64,000 nt of DNA from Octopus sinensis (GCF_006345805.1 NC_043000.1:88908001-88972000); one strand, 5' to 3'. Positions 38,728 through 51,870 are shown, counted from the first letter of the stretch. The notes: generated by a model from the sequence alone, not told the origin. Numbers and translations are program-made.

Positions 38728-38786
<59 letters not shown>

Positions 38787-39459
38787 ATATATATATGTAT
38801 ATACATATATATGGGGGCTGTGGAGGATATATTTATATATGGACACATACACACATACACACGCACACACATATATGTATGTATACACGTGTGTATGTAC
38901 ATATGGTCTGTAGATGAACATTTTTTATGTATTGTGTATCTATTAACTGTCTCGTTTTATCTTCAGCAGCCTTTTCCACGGTTCACTAATTCTGATAGCT
39001 ATGAATAGTATTCATTATCCTAACACAACTCTAATGAGATATGCAACTGTTGTGTGGTAATGAATAGCTGAGAGCTTTATTGGCTTGGCTGAATAAATAC
39101 ATTATATGGTAACGAGACAACGCTGAGATCAAAATAAAATGCTCTCAGTAACTCCGTGTTTATACCCAAGAGAGGATTCTCTTTATAGCATAATCTGTAA
39201 AATCAATAAATATTGCATTTAAAAAAAAAGTGAATATGTGTTCTAATATTACAGGAATCACAAAAGACAACAACAACAACAACAAAAATCTCACAGTAGA
39301 CATTCAGACTTCTTTTAGAATTACATTCTTTGGGATTGTTTGGTCAATGTCATTTGGCTTGCAATTTTGTATAATCATATTGCAAACCCTATTAATAACT
39401 AACGAGTTAAAAATCAGAACTAATAGACTATGAGGTTGTAATTCAATAGAAATATGCTA

Positions 39460-39476
39460 TAATAATAACGATAGTG

Positions 39477-39552
<76 letters not shown>

Positions 39553-39705
39553 AATCATGATGATGATGATGATGACGACGACGACGACGACAATAACAAC
39601 AACTACTATAACGACAAAAGCAACTTCAACAATATCAACAACAACGACAACGACGATGAGGATGACGATGATGATGATGATGACGGCGACGAAGACGATG
39701 ACGAC

Positions 39706-39745
<40 letters not shown>
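39460..39745. repeat. Compound triplet microsatellite AAT-GAT-GAC-AAC-GAT-AAT
   Basis: Direct reading. Confidence 0.95.
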
Positions 39746-40089
39746 TGTCTCCATTGGATTTTCTTTTTCTCTTTTATGTTAGTTTCCTTTTGTACATTTT
39801 CCGATCTTTGTTGTCGTTAATTTCTTCAGAAAAGATTTTAATAAAAGAAAAGTTTTTAAAAATACAAACCATTTCATTTTTAAATTGAACAAGTTTATAA
39901 TATTTATGTTTGTTTGTGCAAATAAAGAAAAATGTACGAGAGTTTTTTTCTATAGTTTATTAGAAATTAAAATTATTTGAATTATCATTACTCTCAATCA
40001 TTAATCGATTCATTTGAATATTCGATCTTTGTAATGATTCAAGACGTTTCATCCTATTGTAATAATAATAATACTAATAATACTAATAC

Positions 40090-40148
<59 letters not shown>

Positions 40149-40189
40149 CAACAACAACAACATAAATATCAATAATAATGATGATGATG

Positions 40190-40261
<72 letters not shown>

Positions 40262-41705
40262 GGCAGACACAAAGTGTAGACTCTGCAATGACAAACTGGA
40301 GAGTATTGACTCCATTGTTGCCAGTTGCTCAGTCCTCGCCTCTACAGAGTATAAAACTAGGCATGATGGATTGGATAATATGCCGTCACTGTGGTATCCC
40401 GCACCCTAAGAACTAGTATGAATACCATCCAGAGCCAGTCACTGAGGAGGAGAATGTAACGGTCCTATGGAATTATGGGATACATACAGACAAGCAGATA
40501 AATGCTAATAGACCAGACATTGTCGTCAAAAAACTAAAAGAAAAAGAAACATACCTATTAATTGACATCTCGGCAAAGAAATTTGAAAAGCTGTCGAAAT
40601 ATAAGGACCTTGAGATTGAGATATCTCGGACGTGGCAAATAAAAACCAAAATCATCCTGTTGTAGGTTCCCTGGGAAGGATCAAGAAAGGTAGCGACAAA
40701 TGTTTTGACCAGATCCCTGGGAAAGCAATCTCTCTCTATATAAACGGCAATTTGTCTGTCTGTGTGTCTGTGTGTCTGTCAGGTCGTACCCTCACCCTGA
40801 CCACGGCTTTCAATCGATTCTGATGAAACTTGACACACACATAGCGCAATGTCATAATTCAAAACTGACGCAGTGAAAATTTTGAAAAGTTCCCCCACTT
40901 CTGAAAAAAATTGTTAAATTCGACATAGGGTCGAGAATCTAAGCTTTTTATATGCAACACCTTTTCTGTTGTAGTTTTCGCAACTTGCAATCGATTTTCC
41001 CCAAACTCATGGTGAAGCCTAATGTTACCCTAAGAAACTTAATTCTGACGTTAGTTTTCCATGCAACACCTTACCATCAGAAAAATTTGATAAAATCATG
41101 CCATTTTGGGAAATCGCGTTCAAATTCAAGATGACATATTTTCGACAATATCTTTAACAAATTGGCAGGAATTTTTTTTTAAATTCACAGCTAGCATCAT
41201 GTCTGCTCCAAGGAGCTATATGGCCCTTTTTATTCCAATAGGATACTTTATTACTGGAAAAAATCGGTTAATTAAATCATATGTGGCACACATAGCAAAC
41301 CGATTTGTGTATTAAACACAAACCACAGACTGTCTAGGGGACGCAACTTGACCTTTTTAACTCTCTTGGGAGGCGCAATGATGTTTTCATGTTTTCGCCC
41401 AAAGGGACAGCTAGGAACATCGTATACACAGAAGTATTTGAGTGAAGAGAAGACATTGCAACCTACACATGCGCCTTCGTTCCCTAAAGGGAAAGGACTA
41501 GATTGGGATTAGTCGTTGCCTATTAGGGGCTCTTACATACCCGGGTAACGCCGGGCTATGCTGCTAGTAATATATGAGACTCAGAAAATTGAGTTGACAT
41601 CAACCGCCCACTATCTCATGAAATTTCCCTCCATCTAATATATATGTGCCTTATATCTCTTGTTGAGACCCGGTCCGAAGGTGAAATAAAATGCAGGTCA
41701 ATCTG
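40262..41705 (+). mobile_element. R4/Dong-clade 3' fragment interrupted by a Helitron
   Basis: KCRLCNDKLESIDSIVASC...RHD...NANRPDIVV...KLSKYKDLEIEI; sequence after 41568 continues the same 3' end as 15890-16040; (AAT)n both sides. Confidence 0.85.
40729..41567 (+). mobile_element. Non-autonomous Helitron
   Basis: Starts TC, ends CTAG, hairpin cccgg-gtaacg-ccggg at 41540-41555, inserted between A and T without TSD. Confidence 0.85.
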
Positions 41706-41719
41706 AAAATAATAATAAT

Positions 41720-41935
41720 AATGGTTTCAAATTTTGGCTCAAGGCCAGCAGTTTTGGGAAAGAAGTTGAGTCAAATACATCGAGTCCAGAACTCAACTAG
41801 TACTTAATCGACTTGAATGGAAAGGCAATGTCGTACTTGGCGGAATTTGAACTCTGAACATAAAGAGGGACGAAATGACAAAAATCGGCTTTACTTGGAA
41901 CTGCACGCATACATTCTGCCAGCTCGCTGCTGCCA
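41720..41935 (-). mobile_element. SINE family A carrying a 35-bp foreign segment
   Basis: ggcggaatttgaactc...ctgccagctcgc; 41877-41911 is R4-derived. Confidence 0.8.
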
Positions 41936-42819
41936 AAATAAAAATGAAAATAATAATACTAATTATAATAATAATAATGATAATAATTATTTTAGTTATT
42001 CCTCCATTCGCAATGGCAATGAACAAATCACAATAGCAATCTTTTAATTAATTGGGATTGTTCCTGCCGGAACATTTGTTTGGACATGGATAATAATAAT
42101 AATGATAATAATCTTTTTTATTGGCTACGAGATCCAAAGTCACCGCGGACAAAAGGATAAAATGCAACACGCAAAATTGAAGATAACAATGATTAAAGAA
42201 AATAACAAAAATTTAAATATATAAATGATATAGCAAAGGATATAAAAGCAAAATTCTAACAAAAGTTTCAAGTACATTTCCCCAATAGTAGGGTAATCAA
42301 TCTATTGTAATTGAGGGGAATTACAATAGATGCAAAGCCGACTTCGGATGAATTTGAACTCAGAACGTATAAACGGACAAAACGCCACTAATCATTTTGT
42401 CCGGTGTGTTAAAGATTCTACCAGCTCACCATGATGATAATGATGATGGTGGTGGTGGTGGTATTCGTAGCGGATTTTAAGAAACTGCAAAAAGATGAAA
42501 GAAAAGATTATGTTTCAATGTAAGTTATTTCAGAAAACCGAAAAATTTCTTTCATATATGAAGTATAGAAGCCATAGTTTCCTCTAGGTGCGATGCTACA
42601 GAGTAAACAACACGAGGAGTTGCGAGATCGGCATACAACTGAACTGTGAACAAAACTGAGAGCACGAGAATTAATCATGTATGTATTCTCATTTCTACAC
42701 ATATACACATTGCTGTTTCTCGCTTATAAAGCTACAACTATAATTACCATACAGTTCACATACAAACACGTACAAGGCCCCTCACGTGAACAAAATAAGC
42801 AAACATCAAACGGATAATA

Positions 42820-43560
42820 TTTAAATGACTTTAGCAATGCTAAATGATCCGAATCTAGTGAAGGCTGTAAATACTTGGGCAGTATCGTTACTTAGATATT
42901 CAGCAGCTTTTATAGACTGGACAAAATCTGAATTAGCAAATCTAAACAAAAAAAGACTACGAAGAAATTCAATACTAATGAAGGTCTTCATCCTAGAGCA
43001 GAGCAGCAAGATTGTATTTACCTATTAAGGAAAGTGGTAGAGTTTTAATATCAGTAGAAAGTGTGGGGGGGGGGAGTTAGCTTGAGTAGATATGGCTTCC
43101 TTAGTAGGTAACAGTGAAGAAATTTTATTAAGAGCTGCTAGCGTAACAGCAGGAGATAGGAAAATTAAAAGGCCAAATTTAGTAAAAAAAAATATATATA
43201 TAAAACAGTAAAAAGAGGCAAAATTATCTTACAGGCAAGAGAAGGCTTTGCATTGTAGATTTCCCACGATAGTTGTAGAAACTAGTAATAGTGAGATATG
43301 GTTGCAGAAAGGAAATCTGGAAAGGGTGACAGAATGTTTGTTAGTATCAGCTCAAGATCGCGAATTGAGAACTAACTGGATAAAAGATTTAAACAGACAT
43401 AGAGGAAAGAGGTATAAAACCTACTTTAGTACAGCTACAGAAAATAGTGTTGTTAAGGACAGCTAAGATACTTAGGAAGGTTTTGAGTGTCTAAGATTAC
43501 TTGTTTTAGCCCGATGTTAGCTGTTTTTCCAACAGTCTAATCTGTTGTGCGTAAATGAAA
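42820..43560 (+). mobile_element. R4/Dong-clade fragment, internally deleted
   Basis: NLVKAVNTWAVSLLRYSAAFIDWTKSEL, LLVSAQDREL, ILRKVLSV*; AAT tail. Confidence 0.75.
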
Positions 43561-43569
43561 TAATAACAA

Positions 43570-43697
<128 letters not shown>

Positions 43698-43989
43698 CCC
43701 TGATGCAGTACTAAGCAGTGGCTCTCATGGCTTCTCATCTTGGAAATGTTATCGTGTACATGGTTGTCTTGGCGTAAAAGTTGGACTACAGCAAATATAC
43801 TGCTCAATCCCATAGATTTGCGTGTCAGTTGGTTGACCTTAACCACTTCAGCATGTCTCTTAGTGGCTGACGATATGTGTATTTGTGATCAGAAGCAGAA
43901 ATAGTGGAGGCGAGGAACATCATAGCCTTGTGTTGAGAGGAATTCTTTGAATAATTCCCTTCTGGAAACATGGAAGTTTCGTTCATCAT

Positions 43990-44280
43990 TCAAGCGCTCA
44001 ACATACTCTCATGAAAGAAATAGCAAAGGTCTACAAATATGAAGACCTGAAAATTGAGATCCTCAGTTTGCTCGAGTTGCTCCAGTTGTCAACGGATCAT
44101 TGGGTTCTATACAGCCCTATATGAAAAAGCACTTTAGATACACCCTACAATCTTGGTGTATTACACAAAAATCGGCTTTACTTGGAACTGCACGCATACT
44201 GCGTAAAGTGTTGTCTGTCTGAGATCCTTGTGATTTGAAAGACAGCACAAATCCCTAGTCAACACAGTATTTTTAATCTA
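43990..44280 (+). mobile_element. R4/Dong-clade extreme 3' end
   Basis: KEIAKVYKYEDLKIEI...QKSALLGTARILRKVLSV*. Confidence 0.8.
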
Positions 44281-44316
44281 CATAATCACAATATTTGATA
44301 CTCTGCGACGTGTTTT

Positions 44317-44372
<56 letters not shown>

Positions 44373-44619
44373 TAATATTGTATGTATGTTTGTATTTATA
44401 CACACACACACATATATGCATACATATCTATATACATATATACATATATATGCGTATATATATATATATACAAAAAGCAATAAAGATTCAAGTTAATTTA
44501 AATGAATTTACTTGAATATGGTACCTAACTTAGATGCACCAAAACAAACTATACGGTTTTAACAATACAGTAATGTGGGGTGATTATAAGCAAGAAAAAA
44601 GCAACAAGAATGGATAGGT

Positions 44620-44710
44620 TTTTAGTACAATCGTTTCATACAAGGACAGGCTTTATTAAAAGTTGCAAAAATTGCAGCATATAAACGTGTCCCGTACTCA
44701 TCAGCTAAAA
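44620..44710 (-). ncRNA. Type I hammerhead motif (left-arm copy)
   Basis: Reverse complement of 45658-45748. Confidence 0.75.
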
Positions 44711-45657
44711 TACATGTGAGTTCTCTAGACATCCTAGTGGTTGAGGCTATACTCATGAAGTAATGTAGATAATTAAGTAACATAAACAGATTTCCAAAGT
44801 TCATTAAAGTTCATTAAAGATGATGTACAGTCTTATCACAGAATTTTAAAAAGGTTTTAATAGCATCACAGAGAAGGTGACTTAATCCATAGTGTACATA
44901 TGAATTTCCAGAGATATGAGGAGGGATTACATACTCACAGACGACAAATTTATCCATTGCTAATCACAACGAGGTGGGTTTCAATTCCTGCTTATTAGCA
45001 TTACAGAGAGGGTGAATTAATCCTTTGTATAGATGCACAATTTCCAATGGTGTTGATGTAAATTTCCAGAGAAATGAAGAGGAATTTCATATTCACAGGC
45101 GATAAATTTATCAATGGTTGAACACAATGAGGTGGGTATCAATTCTTGCTATATGATTAGGTATTTGCCACATTAATCACATTACTGCTATTTTCAAGAG
45201 ACTGTAGCTATTTAACTTTTAAAGGCTGAAGGGCTTTCTGGAGAGGCAAAGAACAGAAAAGGGAAGGAAAGAGAAGGAAAGAGAGAAAATAAAGGGGGAG
45301 GGAGCAAAGGGGGGGGGGCTAGAAGAGAAGAGAAAAGGAAAAAGAAAAAAAGAAAAAGAGAATAAGAAGAAGAAAAAAAGAGAAAAGAGAAAGAAATAGG
45401 GAAAGAAGGGAAAAAAGAATTTGTCGTCTGTGAGTATGTAATCCCTCCTCATATCTCTGGAAATTCATATGTACACTATGGATTAAGTCACCTTCTCTGT
45501 GATGCTATTAAAACTTTTTTAAAATTCTGTGATAAGACTGTACATCATCTTTAATGAACTTTAATGAACTTTGGAAATCTGTTTATGTTACTTAATTATC
45601 TACATTACTTCATGAGTATAGCCTCAACCACTAGGATGTCTAGAGAACTCACATGTA

Positions 45658-45748
45658 TTTTAGCTGATGAGTACGGGACACGTTTATATGCTGCAATTTT
45701 TGCAACTTTTAATAAAGCCTGTCCTTGTATGAAACGATTGTACTAAAA
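45658..45748 (+). ncRNA. Type I hammerhead motif (right-arm copy)
   Basis: ttttag-CTGATGA(45664)-gtacgggaca...tgtccttgtat-GAAAC(45731) GATT GTA-ctaaaa; 6-bp stem I, about 10-bp stem II base. Confidence 0.78.
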
Positions 45749-45776
45749 ACCTATCCATTCTTGTTGCTTTTTTCTC

Positions 45777-45810
<34 letters not shown>

Positions 45811-46299
45811 GTAACGACAAAGATTAAGCGTGTACGTTCTTTATGGTACGATGTACTGGAAGTATGTTAAGCTTCATTCTGTATCTACTATAAACAAACG
45901 TATTAATCAATGAATAAATAAATATATCTGTATTGAATCAACTCATTTCCGATGTTGTTCTTTGATCGAATATACATTGACAAAGCAGACAAAATATTTT
46001 CAGATAATCTGATTTTAGATATTTTAGATGAAATGCATTGTATTCCGAAATCTATGTAACTGCAATTTGTTTGATCTTACTTTTCTTTTTTTCTTATTTC
46101 TTCTTGTTGTTCTTTTTTATTGTTGTTGTTCCTGTATATGTAAATACGAAGTTTTCCTGGTGGAGAAAGAAATGTGCTACATTTAGAAGTTCATTTTATA
46201 ATGGTTCACAGTTGTTTAAGAGATATCGACGCTCCACGTATTTACATAATATGAGTTTAAAAGAGGAAAAATACGCGAAACATCGGTATCTAAAATAGC

Positions 46300-46440
46300 A
46301 AGATATTGCATGTGTGTATGTGTGTGGGTGTGTGTGTATAAAGTAGTAAGTTAATCTGCGTGTATATGTATATACACACATATATATATATATATACACA
46401 TACATAAAGTGGCAAGCTATTTCGTATGTATATATAGATG

Positions 46441-46474
<34 letters not shown>

Positions 46475-46695
46475 TATATAAATATAAAGTGCCAAACTAT
46501 TTCGTGTTTGTCAGTATGTATATATATATATATGTGTGTGTGTGCGTGTCTATGTATGTGTGTATATGTGTATGTATATATATATGCATGTATACAATTA
46601 TGCATATAATATAAATATATATATACATATATAATATACATTAAGTAACAAGCTATTTCGTGTGTGAGTGTATAAATATATATGCATATATATAT

Positions 46696-46743
<48 letters not shown>

Positions 46744-46975
46744 TATACACACACCCATACATATATACATACATACATATATGTGTGTGTGTATATATAT
46801 ATATATATAAATAAATAATTATAAACACACACAAATACATACATACATTACAAGCAGGCAGAGATATGTATATGTGTGGTTATATATGTGTGTATGCATG
46901 TGTGCGTGTGTGTGTGTGTGTGTGTGTGGTGTGTGTGTGTGTGTGTGCGTGCGTGCATGTGTGTGTGTACATGAT
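46300..46975. repeat. TA/TG/CA microsatellite field
   Basis: Direct reading. Confidence 0.9.
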
Positions 46976-47559
46976 ACCGAAAATGTCCAGAAATATTAAT
47001 GGACTCTGAAACGCAATTTTTTACTGAACTAAACGCAATCAGCAAGTAGGGGAATGTGAAAAATCGTTAATAAACCATTGAACAACAGCATGGTTGTGTC
47101 TTACATACGCTTGCGCGCGCACGAACGCAGGCTCGCACGCACAAGAAAAAAAGAAAGAAAGAAAGGAATATTTGACGTTGCCCGAGTACTGAAAATGTAG
47201 AACATTTATTTGCAACATTTAAATGTCATATAGTAAGTTTTTATAATAGCAGTCTTTGTATATGGTTTTTATTGTAATGTAGGTACAGTGATAAAGTTGT
47301 ATCGTTGCAGGATTCTAAAATGTGTGAAATTTTTGACTTTGTGATTATTCATTATTTTAGCAGTTAATTGGAAAATACTCTCCTTATGTTTTATATTATA
47401 TATTGGTTTCAAATTTTGGTAATAGGCCAGCAACTCCTGGGGAGGACGTAAGTCGCTTCATCAACACCGGTGCTCAAATGGTAATTATTTTATCGAATCT
47501 GAAATAACGAAAGGCAAAGTCGCCCACGACGGAATTTGAACTAAGAACGTAAATATAGA

Positions 47560-47711
47560 CTGTTGTGTCTGGGGAGAGTCATTTTCTTTTTGTGCCTTAT
47601 AATGTAACAAACACACACACCGGTAAAATTTCCACTTTTTTCTTATTTTTACCAGTGAGTGTGTTACATTATAAGGCGCAAAAAGAAAACGACTCTCCCC
47701 AGACACAACAG
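47560..47711. mobile_element. 152-bp fold-back MITE
   Basis: ctgttgtgtctggggagagtc...gactctccccagacacaacag; about 49-bp outer arms plus inner stem. Confidence 0.85.
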
Positions 47712-47784
47712 AATATGCTTCAACACACGAACTCATATAAAGAATCTTGCAAACCGAATCCAAAAAGTAAATATACATTTCTTT

Positions 47785-48002
47785 ACTACCCACAAAGGGT
47801 TAAACACAGAGGGGGCAAACAAGGACAGACAAACGGATTGAATCGATTATATCGACCCCAGTGCGTAACTGGTACTTATTTAATCGACCTCGAAAGGATG
47901 AAAGGCAAAGTCGACCTCGGCGGAATTTGAACTCAGAACGTAACGGCAGACAAAATACGGCTAAGCATTTCGTCCGGCGTGCTAACAATTCTGCCAGCTC
48001 AG
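47785..48002 (-). mobile_element. SINE family A (second unit at 47400-47550, beyond the MITE)
   Basis: Matches 9770-9985. Confidence 0.9.
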
Positions 48003-48374
48003 CGCCGTTATTTTTATGTTATATATTGAAATTCTAAATTGATATACAGCTCATAAAGCAGAAATGCCTTTTTATACAGCAAAATCATTGGATTAGATAA
48101 AATCTCTTGCTCTGCGGTTTAGTGCTCTACTGAAATGTTTGCCTGGTCCAGAATTTTGAAATGGTTTCTGCCTAGTACAGCATGCAACACAAGGCTCACC
48201 ATGAGAGGAACATGAATCTGTCAGTTTAACTCCGTCTACACTGAGTGACCGTCTCTGACCGAAACCTGTTGACAGTCACGGAAAAGACAATGTCACTGGA
48301 AACTTCAGTGAAATATTATATCCAATAGGATAAAGCGAATGCACAGAATGAAAGCATCTCTCTTAGCACAGTCA

Positions 48375-48640
48375 TAATGGTGGCTTAGTGGTTAGGGTGT
48401 TACACTTGTGATCTAACGATCGCGATTTCAATTCCTAGATCGGGTGGCTCCTTGTGCTCTTGAGCAAAATACTTCATTTTCAATTGCTCTACAATCACTG
48501 TGACACCTGACGTGGTACACAGTGCACCTGTTCAGATAATGTCGATTTGATGAAGAGAGTGAGCTAATGTGCGGCATGAACATTTGATCACTATAAACAA
48601 ATCATTTGTGCAGGTCGTTCGGCAAGCTGAACGCTCATAC
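48375..48640 (+). mobile_element. SINE family C-like, tRNA head
   Basis: tggcttagtggttagggtgtt...gatttcaattcc (A/B box-like), gagcaaaatacttcatttt. Confidence 0.7.
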
Positions 48641-48667
48641 GTCGTCTTCCACGAGAGAGCCCATTAC

Positions 48668-48698
<31 letters not shown>

Positions 48699-48769
48699 CA
48701 CATACATGCATACACGCGCACGCGCACACTCACATACACATATATACGTGTGTGTATATGTATATATAT

Positions 48770-48800
<31 letters not shown>

Positions 48801-48807
48801 GTATATA

Positions 48808-48863
<56 letters not shown>

Positions 48864-48894
48864 TGTATGTGTGGTATGTGTATGTGTGTGTGTG

Positions 48895-48958
<64 letters not shown>

Positions 48959-50089
48959 ATATGAACGTATGCATTCAGTCAACTAGAAGGAAAATGATAC
49001 TTCTACTGCTGCTACTTCTTGGAGTCTTACCGAAATTACGATATGAAGAAAATTGTGAATCTGACAGATATTGTAACATAAAGCTCTACAGAGTAATTTA
49101 AGGAATTCCTTTTTTACTTTGGTAGAATTCTTATTCTAATTTCTGCTGGAAGAAGATCAGGAATAATTCCCTAAACCCATTCAGTGAGAAATTATTTAGA
49201 AAACCTTTTGGTTAATGGTAAACACAGAACGATAGTGCGCTTATTCAGAATTGTGAACAAGACTGACATGCAATTTAATCAGATAAGACTTTTCAATTGA
49301 TGATTTTTTTTTTTACTGAGCCACATAGAAAATGTAAAAAGAAAATTTACATATAAATTTAAATATAAAAATACATAATAAATATTTACATAAAAATCCA
49401 GTGGATCAGAAATTACAATCCTGATGAGATATTTACGGATTACTAAACTGCAGCTGTACGATTTTATTTGAATGAAAGTATTGTTTTTGTTTGTTTTTAA
49501 TTAATTTCGTATTTTGAATAACATTCAGATGTATTCCGAATGATATTTAAAATTTTGTTCAAAATAAAAGAACGTTATAATATGTTTCTGAGAATAGCTG
49601 CCAAATTTAGTGCCGTTGATACGAAACACTGAAAATGATAATAATACCCTGCTGAAATTTATAAAGACGATTTCAATAAAAGTATCAATGATTTACGAAA
49701 AAAATAACAATATAAAAAATTAAAATAAAGAAATTAAAATGAATAATTTAAGATTTATGATTGTTTATGCTATATTCATTTTATTCCATAAATTTTGTGC
49801 ATTATATGAGATTTATCAAATACAGCATGTTGTTAATTTGTCAGCCTGACTTAGAAAAATGTCACTCTGTTCGCTAAGAATTTCGTATTTGTTTTATCGT
49901 CATCAGCGCTGCAGTGTTATTTCATTCTCCGTAGCTCAGTCTGCCTTGATGTAAACAGGATGGGAGCACAAGATTGTTGGCTCGCAAAATTGTATTGAAT
50001 TTCTTCCGTGTATGTAGCTTGCTTTAGAGTCGTAGTCTTCTGGGAATGCCTCTTATCCACCGTATGTAATCAATATTTTCAGGGGTGTA

Positions 50090-50482
50090 AGGCGGCGAGC
50101 TGGCAGAAACGTTAGCACACCGGGCGAAATGCTTAGCAGTATTTCTTCTGCCACTACGTTCTAAGTTCAAATTCTGCCGAGGTCGACTTTGCCTTTCATC
50201 CTTTCGGGGTCGATTGAATAAGTACCAGTTATGCACTGGGGTCGCTATAATCGACTTAATCCATTTGTCTGTCTTTGTCTGTCCCTTCTGTGTTTAGCCC
50301 CTAGTGGGTAGTAAAGAAATAGGTATTTCGTCTGTCTTTACGTTCTGAGTTCAAAATCCGCTGAGGTTGACTTTCATCCTTTCGGGGTCGATAAATTAAG
50401 TACCATTTGCATACAGGGGTCGTTCTAATCGACTGCCCTTCTCCCGCCAAAAATTTCGGGCCTTGTGCTTACAGTAGAAAAG
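50090..50482 (+). mobile_element. SINE family A, dimeric form
   Basis: aaggcggcgagctggcagaaacgttagcacaccggg... with a second unit from about 50320. Confidence 0.92.
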
Positions 50483-51616
50483 AATATTTTCAGGGGTGTC
50501 TCAGTAACCTAACAGGTTTTGTTGCTACAGTATCGCCAGACAAAGACAATTTGCTTGAAATGTGTCAATAAAAACTGTGAAACTTATGTTTCAGCAAATA
50601 TTATGGGTATATGGAATATAAAGAAATAACTGAAAGGAAGCAACATATATAAAGAAAACCCTAAATATTAGGGCTTTCTCTAGAAGATTCAATATTGCTT
50701 TAAATACTACGTATAATGAGCCGATTAATAGTAATGTCTGTCAGAAGACATTGACGGAAAGTAATACATTTTTAATAGTGAGATCCAGTCAAACGTATTG
50801 ACCGCAATATATTCGAATGATTTCGTAAAGTTCTGCTCCACGTCATTACTCACAGGAATATAGTTGAATACCATCATACATTTAGTCTGTCGTTTTGATA
50901 CCATTATATCTCAGTGGTTGTGTTATTATTGTCATGGAGAATAAGTTTGATTTTTCTCAACGCAATAGATACGTTTTCACAACTGAAACCAAAAGAAGAA
51001 AGAAGATAACTATACAGTGTTAATCCTTTTTTTTTTCTTTCAATTATTTCTACATATTTTCTGTTATTTATACATACTGCAAGCATTTCAGAAGCTGTCA
51101 AATTTAATAATCTGTAATAAATATTTTGGCAATGTTGAAATTCTATATAATCCATGATTAAACAAAATTTACAAAAAAATGAAAAAGGTTTTTTATTTGC
51201 TCAGGAAAATCTTAGAAAAAACTGGTTTCATACTTCATATCTGAGTGAACGTTATATTTTTTATGCGTCTACATTATGTCTTTATTACTCTCAAGAGCTT
51301 CGGAGAATTTTTACTCTGCTGCGACAAATGCATTGTTAATTGACATTGTAATGACTATAAGATCCATAAAAAGTTATTTAACAAGCGAAAATGCAATTCC
51401 ATAGGATTATGTTTATAATGTTGAAAATTAATTATGTATTGTTCTATATCTCAAAAGCTGCAGGAAGTGCTAAGCAACGCCAACGGTCTAACGTTTGTTT
51501 TTCTCAACATTGGAGTTGTGCTTTGCTCACAACCAAATCACAGCTTTTAAGCTAGTGCTACATATACACAATGCATAATATGACGCAATACAGCATTTAG
51601 TTGTATACAGTTAAGG

Positions 51617-51870
51617 GAACGTGACTTAGTGGTTAGGAGTATTCGACTCACGTTCGTAAGGTTGTGAGTTCGATTCCCAGCAGTGCTTGTGACCTTGTGC
51701 AAGACACTTTATTTCACATTGTTCCGGTTCACTTAGTAGGCCAAAATGAGCTGTACCTGAATTTTAAAGGGCCAGCTTTTTCACATTCTGTGTCACGTTG
51801 AATCACCTTGAGAGCTACGTTAAGGGTATGCGTGTCTGGGGAGTGCTCATGTCGCAACAAGACGTCTGCC
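51617..51870 (+). mobile_element. SINE family C, tRNA head
   Basis: gacttagtggttagg...gagttcgattccc followed by gtgaccttgtgcaagacacttt. Confidence 0.85.

Larger units (their letters stand above)
44484..45777 (-). mobile_element. Penelope-like 3' end with inverted copy (arms 44591-44950 and 45418-45777; about 105-bp tail 44484-44590)
   Basis: 360-bp arms with about 2 mismatches, hammerhead motif in each arm, TA-rich tracts on both flanks. Confidence 0.82.

Noticed and set aside
49870-49912. Minus-strand CTGATGA...GAAA
   Set aside because: No stem II or stem I complementarity
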